NCBI GenBank assembly: GCA_028698175.1 | Contig: JAQVDU010000001.1 | Coordinates: 1-58,987 of the forward strand | Length of the DNA: 58,987 nt | From: a bacterium | Lineage (GTDB): Bacteria > Hydrothermota > 32-111 | Direction of reading: 5' to 3' | Part shown: positions 25,910-36,229 of the stretch, one piece after another | Layout of the letters: each line of letters begins with the position of its first letter | How positions within the stretch are numbered: the stretch's first letter is position 1 | Made by a program: the position numbers and the translations under genes | The notes under the pieces: generated by a model | Seen by the model: only the letters and a program-made list of their open reading frames with translations | The model's database searches: none | What the model was told of the DNA's origin: nothing

Positions 25910-26247
25910 TGGCGGATTATGATTTGAGCTCCCTCATGGAGCTTCTTGGAAATGACGAAGAAGCCCTCAAAGATATTTTGAGGGCTTTTCTTTCAGATTG
26001 TGAAAAGTATCTTTCGCCTCTTGAAGAAGGCGTTGAAAAAGAAAATTTCGAGGAGATCCGAAAGAATGCGCATGCCATGAGATCCGTTGTGGGAAATTTC
26101 AACCTGAAAGAACTTTATGATGAAGCGACAAATCTTGAAACTGCAGGAAAAGAATGCAAAACCGACGGGTTAAAGGATGTTCTTGAAAAATTCATTTCAG
26201 GAATTGGAGATTTCAGAACGTGGATAAAGAAAGAGTATGAAATATGA
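25909..26247 (+). CDS. Hpt (histidine phosphotransfer) domain protein
   Basis: NAHAMRSVVGNFNLKEL resembles the Hpt HxxKG..G motif. The start overlaps the upstream stop by 1 nt. Confidence 0.6.
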   Translation: MADYDLSSLMELLGNDEEALKDILRAFLSDCEKYLSPLEEGVEKENFEEIRKNAHAMRSVVGNFNLKELYDEATNLETAGKECKTDGLKDVLEKFISGIGDFRTWIKKEYEI

Positions 26248-26250
26248 AAA

Positions 26251-26272
26251 GAGCCCCAAACGGGGCTCTTTT
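26251..26272. terminator. Bidirectional rho-independent terminator between convergent genes
   Basis: AAAA-GAGCCCC-AAAC-GGGGCTC-TTTT. Confidence 0.8.
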
Positions 26273-26300
26273 CTTATGCGAGAACAAATGATTGAAAAAC

Positions 26301-28379
26301 TTATTTGCTTTCCTGCTCTTCCTGATATTTTTTGGACTCTTCAACCACCTTTGCCACTCTGTCGCGCGGAACCTCTTCATAGGTGTCGAATTCCATCGTG
26401 AATGTTCCTCTGCCCTGAGTCATTGACCTGAGTTGAGATGAGTACTGGTACATCTCTGCCTCCGGAACGGTCGCCTTTATCTTCTGGTACCTTCCCGCAT
26501 GCTCTGTTCCCAGTATTCTGCCTCTCCTTGAATTCAAGTCGCCCATTATGTCTCCCATGTAGTCCTCAGGAACTGTTATTTCAACCTTCATTATCGGCTC
26601 AAGGAGTATCGGGTCTGCAAGGGGCATCGCTCCTTTTATAGCAAGGGAGCCGGCAATCTGGAATGCTATGTCAGACGAATCCACGTCATGATATTTTCCG
26701 TCATAGACTATCGCCTTTACATCGACTATCTGATAACCAGCTATCGTGCCCTTTTCAAGAGCATCCCTGATGCCCTTTTCGACTGACGGGACGAACTTGG
26801 CTGGGATTGACCCTCCGAAGATTTCATTTCCGAATTCAAAACCGGCGCCCCTCGGCTGTGGTTCGAATCTCACGTTGCAGACTCCGAACTGGCCCCTGCC
26901 GCCTGACTGTTTCTTGTGTTTGCCTTCTGCTGATGCGGTCTTCTTTATGGTTTCACGGTACTTTATCCTCGGTTTTTCCAAAGATACGTTTACTCCGAAT
27001 TTGTCCTTGAGTTTATTTATTATCACTTCAAGGTGTATGGTTCCGAGTCCGTGTATGAGGGTCTGTTTCACCTCAGGGTCAAAATTGAAATAGAATGACG
27101 GGTCCTCTTCGTGAAGTTTGGAGAGTCCGTTTGATATCTTCTCTTCGTCTCCCTTTGCAAGGGGGAGTATTGCCATTGATACGTTTGCGTGAGGGAAGTC
27201 TATGGGAGCGAACTTGGCATTGAGGTTCTTGTCGCAGAGAGTGTCAGAGGTCTTAGAGCCCTTAAGCTTCACAAGGACTCCGATCATTCCGTTTGTCAGC
27301 TCGTCAATCTCCTTCCTCTCCTTTCCGGCAGAGATATACATCTGGTTGACCTTTTCGGATATTCCCTTTGCGGGATTGAATATTTCAACGCCGCCCTTCA
27401 GAGTGCCTGAGAATATCCTCACAAAGTTCATGTCTCCTATGTGCTTCTCCACGTTTGTCTTGAATATGAATCCTGCGAACGGGGATGAAGCATCAGGAGA
27501 TGCAGGGTACTTGTCTGACGCCTCCAAGGGCTTTCTCGGCGAAGCATCCGAAGGCGAGGGCAGGTAGTTTGTCACTGCGTCGAGTATCAGGTCATTTGCT
27601 ATGTTCTCCAAAGAATCCGTGAAGCATATAGGGTACAGCTGTCCTGATTTGACTGCATTCAAAAATCCGTTGTTTATGTCCTCCTGCGTGAGCTTGTCCT
27701 CAAAGAACTTCTCCATAAGCTTCTCATCTGATGATGCTATCGACTCGAGGAGCTCCTTCTTCATTGACTCAACCTGCTTTTTCATATCGTCAGGTATAGC
27801 AGTCTCGCTCTTCTTTCCGCCGGAATATGTGTATGCCTTTCCGGAGACAAGGTCTATGACACCCTTGAAATCAGGACCCTGACCTATGGGAAGCTGAATC
27901 ATTGTGGCGCTCTCAGAGAGCACGTTTTTAATATCGGCAACGACTTTCTCGTAATCGATGTTTTCGCGCTTCATCTTTGAAACTACTAAAAGACCTCCGA
28001 TATGCTCCTTCTTCATCAGAGCCCATGAATTCTCTGTTCCGAGGTCGACTCCGCTCGTTGCGTCAAGGACGAATACGAATGATTCCACCACTTTTGACGC
28101 AGAGACTACCTCTCCGAAGAAATCCGGGAAGCCGGGAGTGTCAATGAAATTGATGGTTTTATCATTCCACTTTATCGTGGCGAGCTTTAATCCTATCGTG
28201 ATGCTTCTCTGTATCTCATCCGCATTGTAATCAAGCGCAGAGTTCTTCTCATCAACTTTATTTAGACGGGTCGTCTCCTTTGAATTGAACAAAAATCCCT
28301 CTCCGACGCTTGTTTTACCTGCGGAACCGTGGCCGACGAGAGCTATGTTCCTTATGTCAGACGTTTTTATATCAGCCAA
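26301..28379 (-). CDS. fusA: Elongation factor G family GTPase (stand-alone paralogue)
   Basis: P-loop VGHGSAGKTS (canonical EF-G has AHxDAGKT), DTPGFPDF, full five-domain length of 692 aa, TTG start after GGAGGA. Not in an rpsL-rpsG-fusA-tuf context. Confidence 0.8.
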   Translation of the reverse strand: MADIKTSDIRNIALVGHGSAGKTSVGEGFLFNSKETTRLNKVDEKNSALDYNADEIQRSITIGLKLATIKWNDKTINFIDTPGFPDFFGEVVSASKVVESFVFVLDATSGVDLGTENSWALMKKEHIGGLLVVSKMKRENIDYEKVVADIKNVLSESATMIQLPIGQGPDFKGVIDLVSGKAYTYSGGKKSETAIPDDMKKQVESMKKELLESIASSDEKLMEKFFEDKLTQEDINNGFLNAVKSGQLYPICFTDSLENIANDLILDAVTNYLPSPSDASPRKPLEASDKYPASPDASSPFAGFIFKTNVEKHIGDMNFVRIFSGTLKGGVEIFNPAKGISEKVNQMYISAGKERKEIDELTNGMIGVLVKLKGSKTSDTLCDKNLNAKFAPIDFPHANVSMAILPLAKGDEEKISNGLSKLHEEDPSFYFNFDPEVKQTLIHGLGTIHLEVIINKLKDKFGVNVSLEKPRIKYRETIKKTASAEGKHKKQSGGRGQFGVCNVRFEPQPRGAGFEFGNEIFGGSIPAKFVPSVEKGIRDALEKGTIAGYQIVDVKAIVYDGKYHDVDSSDIAFQIAGSLAIKGAMPLADPILLEPIMKVEITVPEDYMGDIMGDLNSRRGRILGTEHAGRYQKIKATVPEAEMYQYSSQLRSMTQGRGTFTMEFDTYEEVPRDRVAKVVEESKKYQEEQESK

Positions 28380-28517
28380 AATATCCTCCTTTTGGGTAAT
28401 TGCTATATAAAAAAAACAGATAAATTATTTTATCTATATTTCCCTTTAAGTCAAGAGGAAAACAAAAGAAGCCAAGGGGGTGAATTTGAATTTACCGGAT
28501 AGTAGAATATATTTTTA

Positions 28518-28546
28518 TTGATTTGAATAAAAAAGGGTGTTATAAT
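28518..28546 (+). promoter_or_regulatory. Candidate promoter (TTGATT, 17-nt spacer, TATAAT)
   Basis: Hexamers read directly, 25 nt upstream of ATG 28571. Confidence 0.5.
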
Positions 28547-28570
28547 TATTTCAATGAATTGGAGGTTTAT

Positions 28571-30457
28571 ATGAAGAGGATAATTGTTGTTACGGGGGTT
28601 TTGATTATTTCAAACATTCTATTTGCAATGCCTGTATCAGAAGTGCTGAACAGAATACACAAACAAATTTCAGTAGAACAAAATGATTTTATCTCTTTCC
28701 CGAAGGATTCTTATGCCATTGCTGCAGGAATGAAGGGAATTCTTCATCTTGGAGGGGATTTTAGGGGATTTGCGCCGTCCATGCTGAAAAGCATAAATGT
28801 ATCATTCGACGGTCAGGCAGTACAGGTAATTTCAGGCAAATACAGCGGAGCAACTTTTGAAGGAGTATATTATACTGTCTCTCTTGATGGCGGAGCTACA
28901 TGGAGCATTCCGGAGCTTATATCAAGCGCATCTCCTTTACTGAGATGTTACTCGGAAATAACTGCTTCAAGCGGAGATTATCCGTATGTAGTTATGAATT
29001 ACAGGACCAATGATTACATTGGAGTTTGGTTCACAAGGGATTCTCTTGGAGCCGGGCAGAGCGGTTGGTCTCAGCCGAGTTTAATATCAGACACTATTCT
29101 TAGCGAAGGATATCTTCCATCGATAGCAGTTAACAGAATCGGCGACAAAGTGGCTTTTTTATCACGCGATATGACAAACGGATTTGGAAGTAATTACTCA
29201 ACAGATTATGGGCTGTATTGGCATGAATATGGACTTCAAAATGAGCTGAATACGGATACCGTCAAGTACGCAGATATTTCATGCATCAGATTCGGCAAAA
29301 ATGATACTGTTTTCGGATTCTTCGGAATGACATGGAAAGGAGAAAAGAGATCAGATGTTAACGCTTCAGGAGTTGGTACTGCAATACTCAATGGTTATTC
29401 ATATTCCACTGACGGGGGAGCAAGTTGGAGCATTAGTCAAACCCCAATGTGTTCTCCTGATCTGTTGCCGGATATCCCATCAATCAACGGGGACACTTTT
29501 TATTATTATCTTGATACAATCAAAGGAAACTTCATTGCAGATTCTTTACGGGTTGCAGCATACCTTGATACAATTACCGGTTTTTGGAAAAACAGTTTGG
29601 GCGAATATATAGGAGATGAATTTGGCACGTGGTGGTATTGGTGGGATGCACAATATTTTGGAGTAAACGGATCGGTTTGTATGGCGGTTCCGATTTCAGA
29701 GCTTTTTGTGGATTATTATGTTGGCACTTCCGGAGACCTCTATACTTTTATTTGGCAGGGGCAGTCAATTCTTTTCTATCTGAAAGATGATATCAATAAT
29801 AAATGGGAAATGTTTCATTTTGATGTTCACGACGGAGATATTTTGGATTCAACAGGCAAGACAGCCACATGGAAAGGAAACCCTTACAGCGCCAATATAA
29901 CTTACAGTCCTGCAGATGACAGTTATTATATTATTTATCTTGATTATGCAGATACTGCAACAGGCGAGAATTCTCTTGAAGCGCTAAAAATAAATCTTTA
30001 CTGTGGAATGGATCCAGACGATCCGTTTTACAGGTATGTGAATGTCGATACTATGACCCTCATAAGCAATATAGCCGCATATACTATAGAATCATCACAA
30101 TATGTGGATTTTGACGGTTATATTCACATAGCCGCATCTTCAAATTCACAGGATTCAATTTATTATAAAAAAATCTATACAGGACAGGAATGGTACATGG
30201 GAATGGAAAATGCATTCAAAAAAACAATTGAATTTAATAACGGAATTTTTCTAACAGATGACCAGATAATTTGGAACGCAAAAACGAGAGGCTATCTCAC
30301 TATTTATGATGTTTCAGGAAGAAAAATAATGTCCGAAGAATCAACTGGAAAGAGAAACAACAAAACGAATATTTCACATCTAAAGAATGGTGTCTATTTC
30401 ATAAAACTTCAAACCCCCGATCAGACAATCACGGAGAAGATGGTTAGGATAAAGTAG
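28571..30457 (+). CDS. Secreted BNR/Asp-box repeat protein with a T9SS C-terminal sorting domain
   Basis: ATG 28571 follows GGAGG. Signal peptide present. Asp-boxes SLDGGATWS and STDGGASWS. Tail is GVYFIKLQTPDQTITEKMVRIK. Confidence 0.7.
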   Translation: MKRIIVVTGVLIISNILFAMPVSEVLNRIHKQISVEQNDFISFPKDSYAIAAGMKGILHLGGDFRGFAPSMLKSINVSFDGQAVQVISGKYSGATFEGVYYTVSLDGGATWSIPELISSASPLLRCYSEITASSGDYPYVVMNYRTNDYIGVWFTRDSLGAGQSGWSQPSLISDTILSEGYLPSIAVNRIGDKVAFLSRDMTNGFGSNYSTDYGLYWHEYGLQNELNTDTVKYADISCIRFGKNDTVFGFFGMTWKGEKRSDVNASGVGTAILNGYSYSTDGGASWSISQTPMCSPDLLPDIPSINGDTFYYYLDTIKGNFIADSLRVAAYLDTITGFWKNSLGEYIGDEFGTWWYWWDAQYFGVNGSVCMAVPISELFVDYYVGTSGDLYTFIWQGQSILFYLKDDINNKWEMFHFDVHDGDILDSTGKTATWKGNPYSANITYSPADDSYYIIYLDYADTATGENSLEALKINLYCGMDPDDPFYRYVNVDTMTLISNIAAYTIESSQYVDFDGYIHIAASSNSQDSIYYKKIYTGQEWYMGMENAFKKTIEFNNGIFLTDDQIIWNAKTRGYLTIYDVSGRKIMSEESTGKRNNKTNISHLKNGVYFIKLQTPDQTITEKMVRIK

Positions 30458-30478
30458 GAAAAACCTATTAGTTGTCCC

Positions 30479-31627
30479 TTATTCGTCTCTGGTCATCAGG
30501 CCTATGATAACCTTTGCAGTGCGGTAGAGGTCTTCAATCAGTATATATTCATTTACTGAGTGGACGTCCTTCATTCCGCTTCCTATTATCACAGTCCGTA
30601 TCCCGTGCTCATTGAATATGTTGGCGTCAGAGCCGCCTCCTCCCGTAAGTATCCTGTACGGTATCTGCGCTTTTTTATATACGTCTATAGCTCTCTGCAA
30701 AACAGGTTCTTCCTCCCTGACCTGCATCGACGAGTATTCCTTTGTTATTCTAACACTGCAGTTGGCTGTTCTGACACTCCCGTCAGGAAGAGTTATCCTG
30801 TTCTTTGAGACAGCCTTGTAAACCTCTTCGCGTATTTTGGCAGAATAGTAATCAAGCCTCTCCTCGTCATGGCTCCTCACTTCTCCTTTTGCCATGGCTC
30901 TCTTGGCGACAATATTGGTGGCGATGCCCCCCTCTATAACTCCTATGTTCGCAGTTGTTATCGAGTCAATCCTTCCGAGCTGCATGTTTGAAATTGCATC
31001 TGATAGAACCTTTATCGCAGATATTCCCTTCTCAGGCGACATTCCCGCATGGCTCTCTATGCCGTCGATTTCAATGGTTATGGAGTTCTGCGAAGGAGCG
31101 CGGTTGAATATTCCCTCAACGTCTTCAGAGTCGATTGCATACCCCTCTTTCGCGTGTATCATTGAAAAATCAAGGTTCTTTGCACCCTTAAGCCCTATCT
31201 CCTCAGCTACAGTGAGGACTATTTCAATGTCAGGCACGTCAAGCTCATTCTCTTTTATATATCTCAATGCTTCAAAGAGGGCGGCGATTCCCGATTTGTC
31301 GTCAGCTCCCAAAACCGTAGTTCCGTCGCTCTTTACTTTATCATTTTCAATAATGGGTTTAACGCCTATTCCCGGCTTTACAGTGTCAAGATGACAGCAG
31401 AAGAGGAGAGATTTTTTTCTGTTGTTCCCGCGGTATTTCGCTATTATGTTTGACTGATTCGAATTTATTTTTTCGCCTGCCTTGTCTTCATAAACTTCAA
31501 GCCCCATATCTTCGCGCAAAAATTTTACGCAGTATTCACCCATCTTCTTTTCATCAAGGGATTCCGAATCGATCTGCACCATCGCGAGAAAGTCCTTTAA
31601 GAGCCGTTCTTTGCTGATATTGTACAT
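30479..31627 (-). CDS. M20/M25/M40 family peptidase (PepT-like tripeptidase)
   Basis: CCHLDTV, GADDKSGIAA and EEIGLKGA are metal-ligand contexts typical of M20. Confidence 0.75.
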   Translation of the reverse strand: MYNISKERLLKDFLAMVQIDSESLDEKKMGEYCVKFLREDMGLEVYEDKAGEKINSNQSNIIAKYRGNNRKKSLLFCCHLDTVKPGIGVKPIIENDKVKSDGTTVLGADDKSGIAALFEALRYIKENELDVPDIEIVLTVAEEIGLKGAKNLDFSMIHAKEGYAIDSEDVEGIFNRAPSQNSITIEIDGIESHAGMSPEKGISAIKVLSDAISNMQLGRIDSITTANIGVIEGGIATNIVAKRAMAKGEVRSHDEERLDYYSAKIREEVYKAVSKNRITLPDGSVRTANCSVRITKEYSSMQVREEEPVLQRAIDVYKKAQIPYRILTGGGGSDANIFNEHGIRTVIIGSGMKDVHSVNEYILIEDLYRTAKVIIGLMTRDE

Positions 31628-31695
31628 CTTCTCTCCTTTGTTTCTTTAGTTATAGAATATAAACATAATATTGTCAAGAGCTTGCATGCAGAGAC

Positions 31696-31723
31696 TTGAA
31701 AAAAAAGCTCTTAGCGGTATAAT
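31696..31723 (+). promoter_or_regulatory. Candidate promoter (TTGAAA, 16-nt spacer, TATAAT)
   Basis: Hexamers read directly upstream of the AGGAGG RBS and ATG 31740. Confidence 0.55.
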
Positions 31724-31739
31724 TACACAGGAGGTATCT

Positions 31740-32660
31740 ATGAATTATCAGAAAAAAATTCCGCGCACCCTTCTATATTCTTTAATAGCATTTTCATTCA
31801 GCTGGCTTGTTTTTTTAGTGATACTTTTTTCCGGGATTCCCTTTGATTCTCTCTTGGCAGGCATTCTTCTGATTGTCTATATGTTCGGACCGTTTATAGC
31901 ATCATGGTTCGTGACATCAGTCGTGCATAAAGAACCACTGATAAAAAATCTGGGAATATCATTCAAAATAAACCGCTGGTTTTTTGTCTCATGGCTCATA
32001 ATGATACTTGCGGCTCTTCTCACAATAGCAGTCTCAGTTGCTCTTCCCGATGTGTCATTCTCTCTTGGAATGGAGGGGTTCTTTGCAAAGTATGCAGACC
32101 TCATCAAGGGAGAAGAGGCATTGCAGATGAAAGAGCAGATGGAGAACAACAAACTGCTCTTCTTCTTTTTGGGGTTTGCGCAGATTCTCTTTGCAGGAGC
32201 CACAATAAATGCTGTGGCGGCATTCGGCGAAGAGGCCGGGTGGAGAGGGTTTCTGATGCATGAGTACAGAGACAGGAGGTTTATTGATGCAACGCTGAGA
32301 ATAGGGCTTTTATGGGGTGCTTGGCATGCTCCCATAATTGCAATGGGGCATAATTATCCTGAGCATCCGATAATAGGAATTTTCATGATGACAGTGTGGT
32401 GTGTCCTGCTATCATTCATATTCGGTTATCTGAGAATCAAATCGAAATCAGTGGTTGCATCCGCAATACTCCACGGCACTTTAAATGCGGGGGCAGGGCT
32501 TGCCCTTCTATACATCATTGGAGGCAATGACCTAACTGTGGGTATGACAGGTCTTTCAGGATTTGCCGCCCTTCTGATAATAATAGGAATAATATTTGTT
32601 TATGATATTTTTATTTCAAAAGAGAGGATATTCTTCTCTGTTATGTCTGAAAAATTATGA
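31740..32660 (+). CDS. CPBP family intramembrane metalloprotease (CAAX protease-like)
   Basis: EEAGWRGFL (EExxxR), WHAP and HGTLNA motifs. Multi-TM. The track start 31671 lies upstream of the promoter's -10. Confidence 0.8.
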   Translation: MNYQKKIPRTLLYSLIAFSFSWLVFLVILFSGIPFDSLLAGILLIVYMFGPFIASWFVTSVVHKEPLIKNLGISFKINRWFFVSWLIMILAALLTIAVSVALPDVSFSLGMEGFFAKYADLIKGEEALQMKEQMENNKLLFFFLGFAQILFAGATINAVAAFGEEAGWRGFLMHEYRDRRFIDATLRIGLLWGAWHAPIIAMGHNYPEHPIIGIFMMTVWCVLLSFIFGYLRIKSKSVVASAILHGTLNAGAGLALLYIIGGNDLTVGMTGLSGFAALLIIIGIIFVYDIFISKERIFFSVMSEKL

Positions 32661-32896
32661 GAAAGATTCTTTTTACTGCGTTTCTTATTCTACCGATTAT
32701 TCTTTTAAGCCAGACTGACATGGGTGACTCCGGAAGAACTTCAATACATGAGCTTCAGGCAAAGTCATACGCAGATTCTTCTCAGGAGGAATCACCCGCG
32801 CAAAAGGACCCCGGAAGAACCTCTTACATACCTATAGCAGTCGGAGCTGTATTCATAATCCTCTACGCGGCTGTTAAAAGGAAGAGGAAAAAATGA
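32657..32896 (+). CDS. Small hypothetical protein with a signal peptide and a C-terminal membrane anchor
   Basis: Overlaps neighbouring genes by 4 nt on both sides. Anchor IPIAVGAVFIILYAAVKRKRKK. Confidence 0.45.
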   Translation: MRKILFTAFLILPIILLSQTDMGDSGRTSIHELQAKSYADSSQEESPAQKDPGRTSYIPIAVGAVFIILYAAVKRKRKK

Positions 32897-35040
32897 AAAA
32901 TTTTCTCTTTGTTCTTCTGCTTTTGTCTCTTTCAATCAATGGTTCAATACATGAAACAGAATATTTTAACAATTTAGCAGATGCCCAATTCGGGCACCCG
33001 AAGAAGGTTGAAGTTGAATTGAATGAAAAAACGTCAAAGGGAATGCTATTCAATTATTACGGTTATTTGCCGTACTGGACAGACACTCTCGCATATGCAA
33101 ATTTCGATTATGAACTTTTAACGCATGTGGCGTATTTTTCAGTAGAACTCAATACTGACGGCTCCATCGGCTCAGTGCCGAATCCTTCAAGATTCACAAA
33201 AATATATTCGGAGTGCCACAAGCGCGGCGTGAGAGTGCACATGACATTCACTCTCTTCGGCTCGACAAGCGTATCCAATCTTTTAAACAGCAAAACTGCA
33301 AGAAACAGCGCGGTCTCAAGCATAATCGATTTTGTGAATGCATACTCGATAGAGGGGGCGAACATTGACTTTGAGTATGTGACAGCATCAGTGAAGGATT
33401 CATTCTCTCTCTTCATTCAAAATCTCGCAGATTCGCTTCATCTCATCTCCTCAGGGAGAAAAGAGCTGTATATAGCGATGCCTGCAGTCCCCTCATGGTA
33501 TCCGGGATATGATTATGCGTCACTCTCGGATGATGCTGACGGACTCTTCATAATGGGATACGATTACCACTATTCCGGTTCAGGAGAGGCGGGCCCAGTT
33601 GCTCCGACATTCAATTCGTCATTCTGGGGATACTATGCTGTCAATACGACAGTGGGTGACTATTTCGACTATGGAGCGAAGAGGGATAAGGTGATTCTCG
33701 GAGTGCCTTACTACGGATATGACTGGCCCACTCTCTCGGATGCTTTAAAATCATCTACGACAGGGAGCGGAACTGCAGTATTGTTCAAAAATGCAAAGAC
33801 AAATGCTCTTTCATACGGGTATGAATTCGATGCAAACTCGAAAACACCCTATTACAATTATTTTTCAGCATCATGGCATCAGTGCTGGTATGATGATTCT
33901 GTTTCAATAACGGAGAAGCTTGAAATAGCCGTTGACTCTTCTCTTCAGGGCGCAGGGTGCTGGGCATTGGGCTATGACGACGGAGAGGATGATTTGTGGA
34001 ATGCAATAAGAAGTTCAATGCAGAGAGTGCCGGCAGAGAACCATTTTGTTGTGAGAGTGGTAAATCCCACTCTCAATGTGAGGGAGGGTCCGTCGACAGC
34101 TTACAGAGTTTTAAACACAGCCAATGCAGGAGATGAATTTGTAGCATTCGATTTTGACGGATACTGGTATAAAATTTATTATCCGGCATTGTCATTTCCA
34201 TACTATGCATACATTTACGGAGGAGACGGTCTATCTGTAAAATACATGGACGGAGACAATTTTTCTCCAGTCGTGAAAGTGACAGCATCTCTTCTCAATG
34301 TCAGGAGCGGGCCGTCGACATCATATCCGATTTTAACGCAGATTGCTGAGGGGCAGTGCTTTGCAGTGGAGTCATTGTCAGGCGACTGGGCAAAAATAAT
34401 CCTTCCGGATTCCAATTCAAGGGGATGGGTATCCTATTTCAGTTACACTGACTATTTTTCAGACATATCCCTTCTCAATGACTGTTTCTTCGGGATAGAT
34501 TCTTTGGTATATCAAGATACCCTTGATGCTGGAAGTTCATGCACTTTGAGATTCTTTCTTGAAAACTCGGGGTTTGTCTCAGCCGATTCCCTTTTAAAGG
34601 CAAAGCTTTCTACGCACTCATTCTTTTTTGATTTGGAAACGTGGGATGACAGCCAGATATCTTCAACTTCCGGATACAACATCCTTCCCGGCCAGAGCGG
34701 GATAAGAACAATTATTCTGAAAGCGGGAATTCCTTCAAAGGATACGCTTGTGACTGAGAAGCTTGTCCTAGAAAGAAAAAGCGACGAGGCATCGGATACA
34801 TTAGAGGTCGAAATATTCATCAGAAAAGAGGGAAGCGGCAAAAGCGAAGAGAGAATTGAATTGAACATGCCTGACAAGAAAGAGGAGAGGTACTCTATCT
34901 ATGACATAACCGGAAGGATGGTCTTTTCAAAGGATGGGAGCTTCAACAGGAAAGATGTTCCTCTGGGAAACGGAGTCTACTTTCTCATTCTCGCATCAGG
35001 AAGGGATATCATCAAAAAGAAGATATTTCTCGTAAGATAG
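32893..35040 (+). CDS. Secreted glycoside hydrolase family 18-like protein with two SH3_3 domains and a T9SS C-terminal sorting domain
   Basis: GANIDFEY (D-x-E catalytic context). LNVREGPSTAYRVL..GYWYKI and LNVRSGPSTSYPIL..GDWAKI. Tail is GVYFLILASGRDIIKKKIFLVR. Confidence 0.75.
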   Translation: MKNFLFVLLLLSLSINGSIHETEYFNNLADAQFGHPKKVEVELNEKTSKGMLFNYYGYLPYWTDTLAYANFDYELLTHVAYFSVELNTDGSIGSVPNPSRFTKIYSECHKRGVRVHMTFTLFGSTSVSNLLNSKTARNSAVSSIIDFVNAYSIEGANIDFEYVTASVKDSFSLFIQNLADSLHLISSGRKELYIAMPAVPSWYPGYDYASLSDDADGLFIMGYDYHYSGSGEAGPVAPTFNSSFWGYYAVNTTVGDYFDYGAKRDKVILGVPYYGYDWPTLSDALKSSTTGSGTAVLFKNAKTNALSYGYEFDANSKTPYYNYFSASWHQCWYDDSVSITEKLEIAVDSSLQGAGCWALGYDDGEDDLWNAIRSSMQRVPAENHFVVRVVNPTLNVREGPSTAYRVLNTANAGDEFVAFDFDGYWYKIYYPALSFPYYAYIYGGDGLSVKYMDGDNFSPVVKVTASLLNVRSGPSTSYPILTQIAEGQCFAVESLSGDWAKIILPDSNSRGWVSYFSYTDYFSDISLLNDCFFGIDSLVYQDTLDAGSSCTLRFFLENSGFVSADSLLKAKLSTHSFFFDLETWDDSQISSTSGYNILPGQSGIRTIILKAGIPSKDTLVTEKLVLERKSDEASDTLEVEIFIRKEGSGKSEERIELNMPDKKEERYSIYDITGRMVFSKDGSFNRKDVPLGNGVYFLILASGRDIIKKKIFLVR

Positions 35041-35049
35041 GAAAAAAAT

Positions 35050-35700
35050 ATGAACCTTCCGTTTGGATTAAAGCTTGCGCTTGCCTTAATCTCCTCATAC
35101 CTGATAGGATCCTTTCCTTCAGGGTATCTCTTTTTCAAGGCAAAGACAGGGAGCGACATAAGAGAGCGCGGTTCAAGAAAGAATATCGGAGCCACCAATG
35201 CCTTCCTTGAGGGCGGCTTTCGGGTCGGATTTCTCACCTTTCTCTCAGACCTTTTAAAGGGTCTTCTTCCTGTCATCCTCTCATCCCTTCTCTTTCGGGA
35301 AAGCGGCATAGAAAGAGAGGTTGTAATGGTTACCTGCGGACTCTCTGCGGTCTTGGGACACATTTTTCCTCTGTACATAGGATTTAAGGGGGGTACCGGC
35401 CTCTCCACTTCCGCAGGGGCTGTCATAGGAATAGCTCCCGGCATAGCCCTCCCGTCAATTCTGATAATCATATTTCTCACTTTTATTACCAAAAGACCTG
35501 CCTTCATGGTCCTTATTCTCACTTTGATCCTTCCGTTTTATTCTTATTATGACGACAGGTCAATGCTTATAACAGGGATGATGTCTGTTGTGGCCATTAT
35601 CTATTTTATTATATCAATGACTCACATTAAACCAATGCTCAGGGGGGACGAGTACATTGAATTCAGCTCAAAACTTAAAAGTTCTTTCAAAAAGAAGTGA
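35050..35700 (+). CDS. plsY: Glycerol-3-phosphate acyltransferase PlsY
   Basis: GSFPSGYL..DIRERGS(R)KNIGATNA..D.LKG signature and 5-6 TM helices. Confidence 0.85.
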   Translation: MNLPFGLKLALALISSYLIGSFPSGYLFFKAKTGSDIRERGSRKNIGATNAFLEGGFRVGFLTFLSDLLKGLLPVILSSLLFRESGIEREVVMVTCGLSAVLGHIFPLYIGFKGGTGLSTSAGAVIGIAPGIALPSILIIIFLTFITKRPAFMVLILTLILPFYSYYDDRSMLITGMMSVVAIIYFIISMTHIKPMLRGDEYIEFSSKLKSSFKKK

Positions 35701-35869
35701 TATCTCCATTCTATTGACTTTATTTTCACTATAATTATAATATTAAGCGTTTTGTGAAAAAAGTAACAAGGATAATGTTGCTTTTTTATGATTGAGATAG
35801 GCTTAATAAACGGGTTCTTTGTTCCCGATGAAGCCATATACAATCAAACTTGTCATATACGGAGAAAGA

Positions 35870-36229
35870 ATGAATTTAGCTGAACTTAAGAATCTTCTTA
35901 ACTGCCCGTTCTGCAGTCAGCAGCCTGGAGTTAAGGATGTAAAATCAATCTGCGCCTCTGACCTGATGAGCGAGGTTTTACTTCTTGCCGACAGGGATTC
36001 TGTCATCATAACCAATCTTGTAAACCTGCAGGCGATACGGACTGCAGAGATGGTTGAATCGTCATGCATAGTCTTTGTCAGAGGGAAGACCCCCACAAAG
36101 GATATGGTCTCTCTTGCCGAAAAAAACGGAATAACCCTCCTTGTGACAGAGTATGACATGCTCGAAACATGCGGAATACTCTACGGCAGGGGATTGCAGC
36201 ACAAAAAGGTGGCGCATGACAACCATTGA
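35870..36229 (+). CDS. DRTGG domain protein
   Basis: ATG 35870 follows GGAGAAAG. ..ASDLMSEVLL..ITNLVNLQAIRTAEM..IVFVRGKTP..LAEKNGITLL resembles DRTGG. Confidence 0.6.
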   Translation: MNLAELKNLLNCPFCSQQPGVKDVKSICASDLMSEVLLLADRDSVIITNLVNLQAIRTAEMVESSCIVFVRGKTPTKDMVSLAEKNGITLLVTEYDMLETCGILYGRGLQHKKVAHDNH

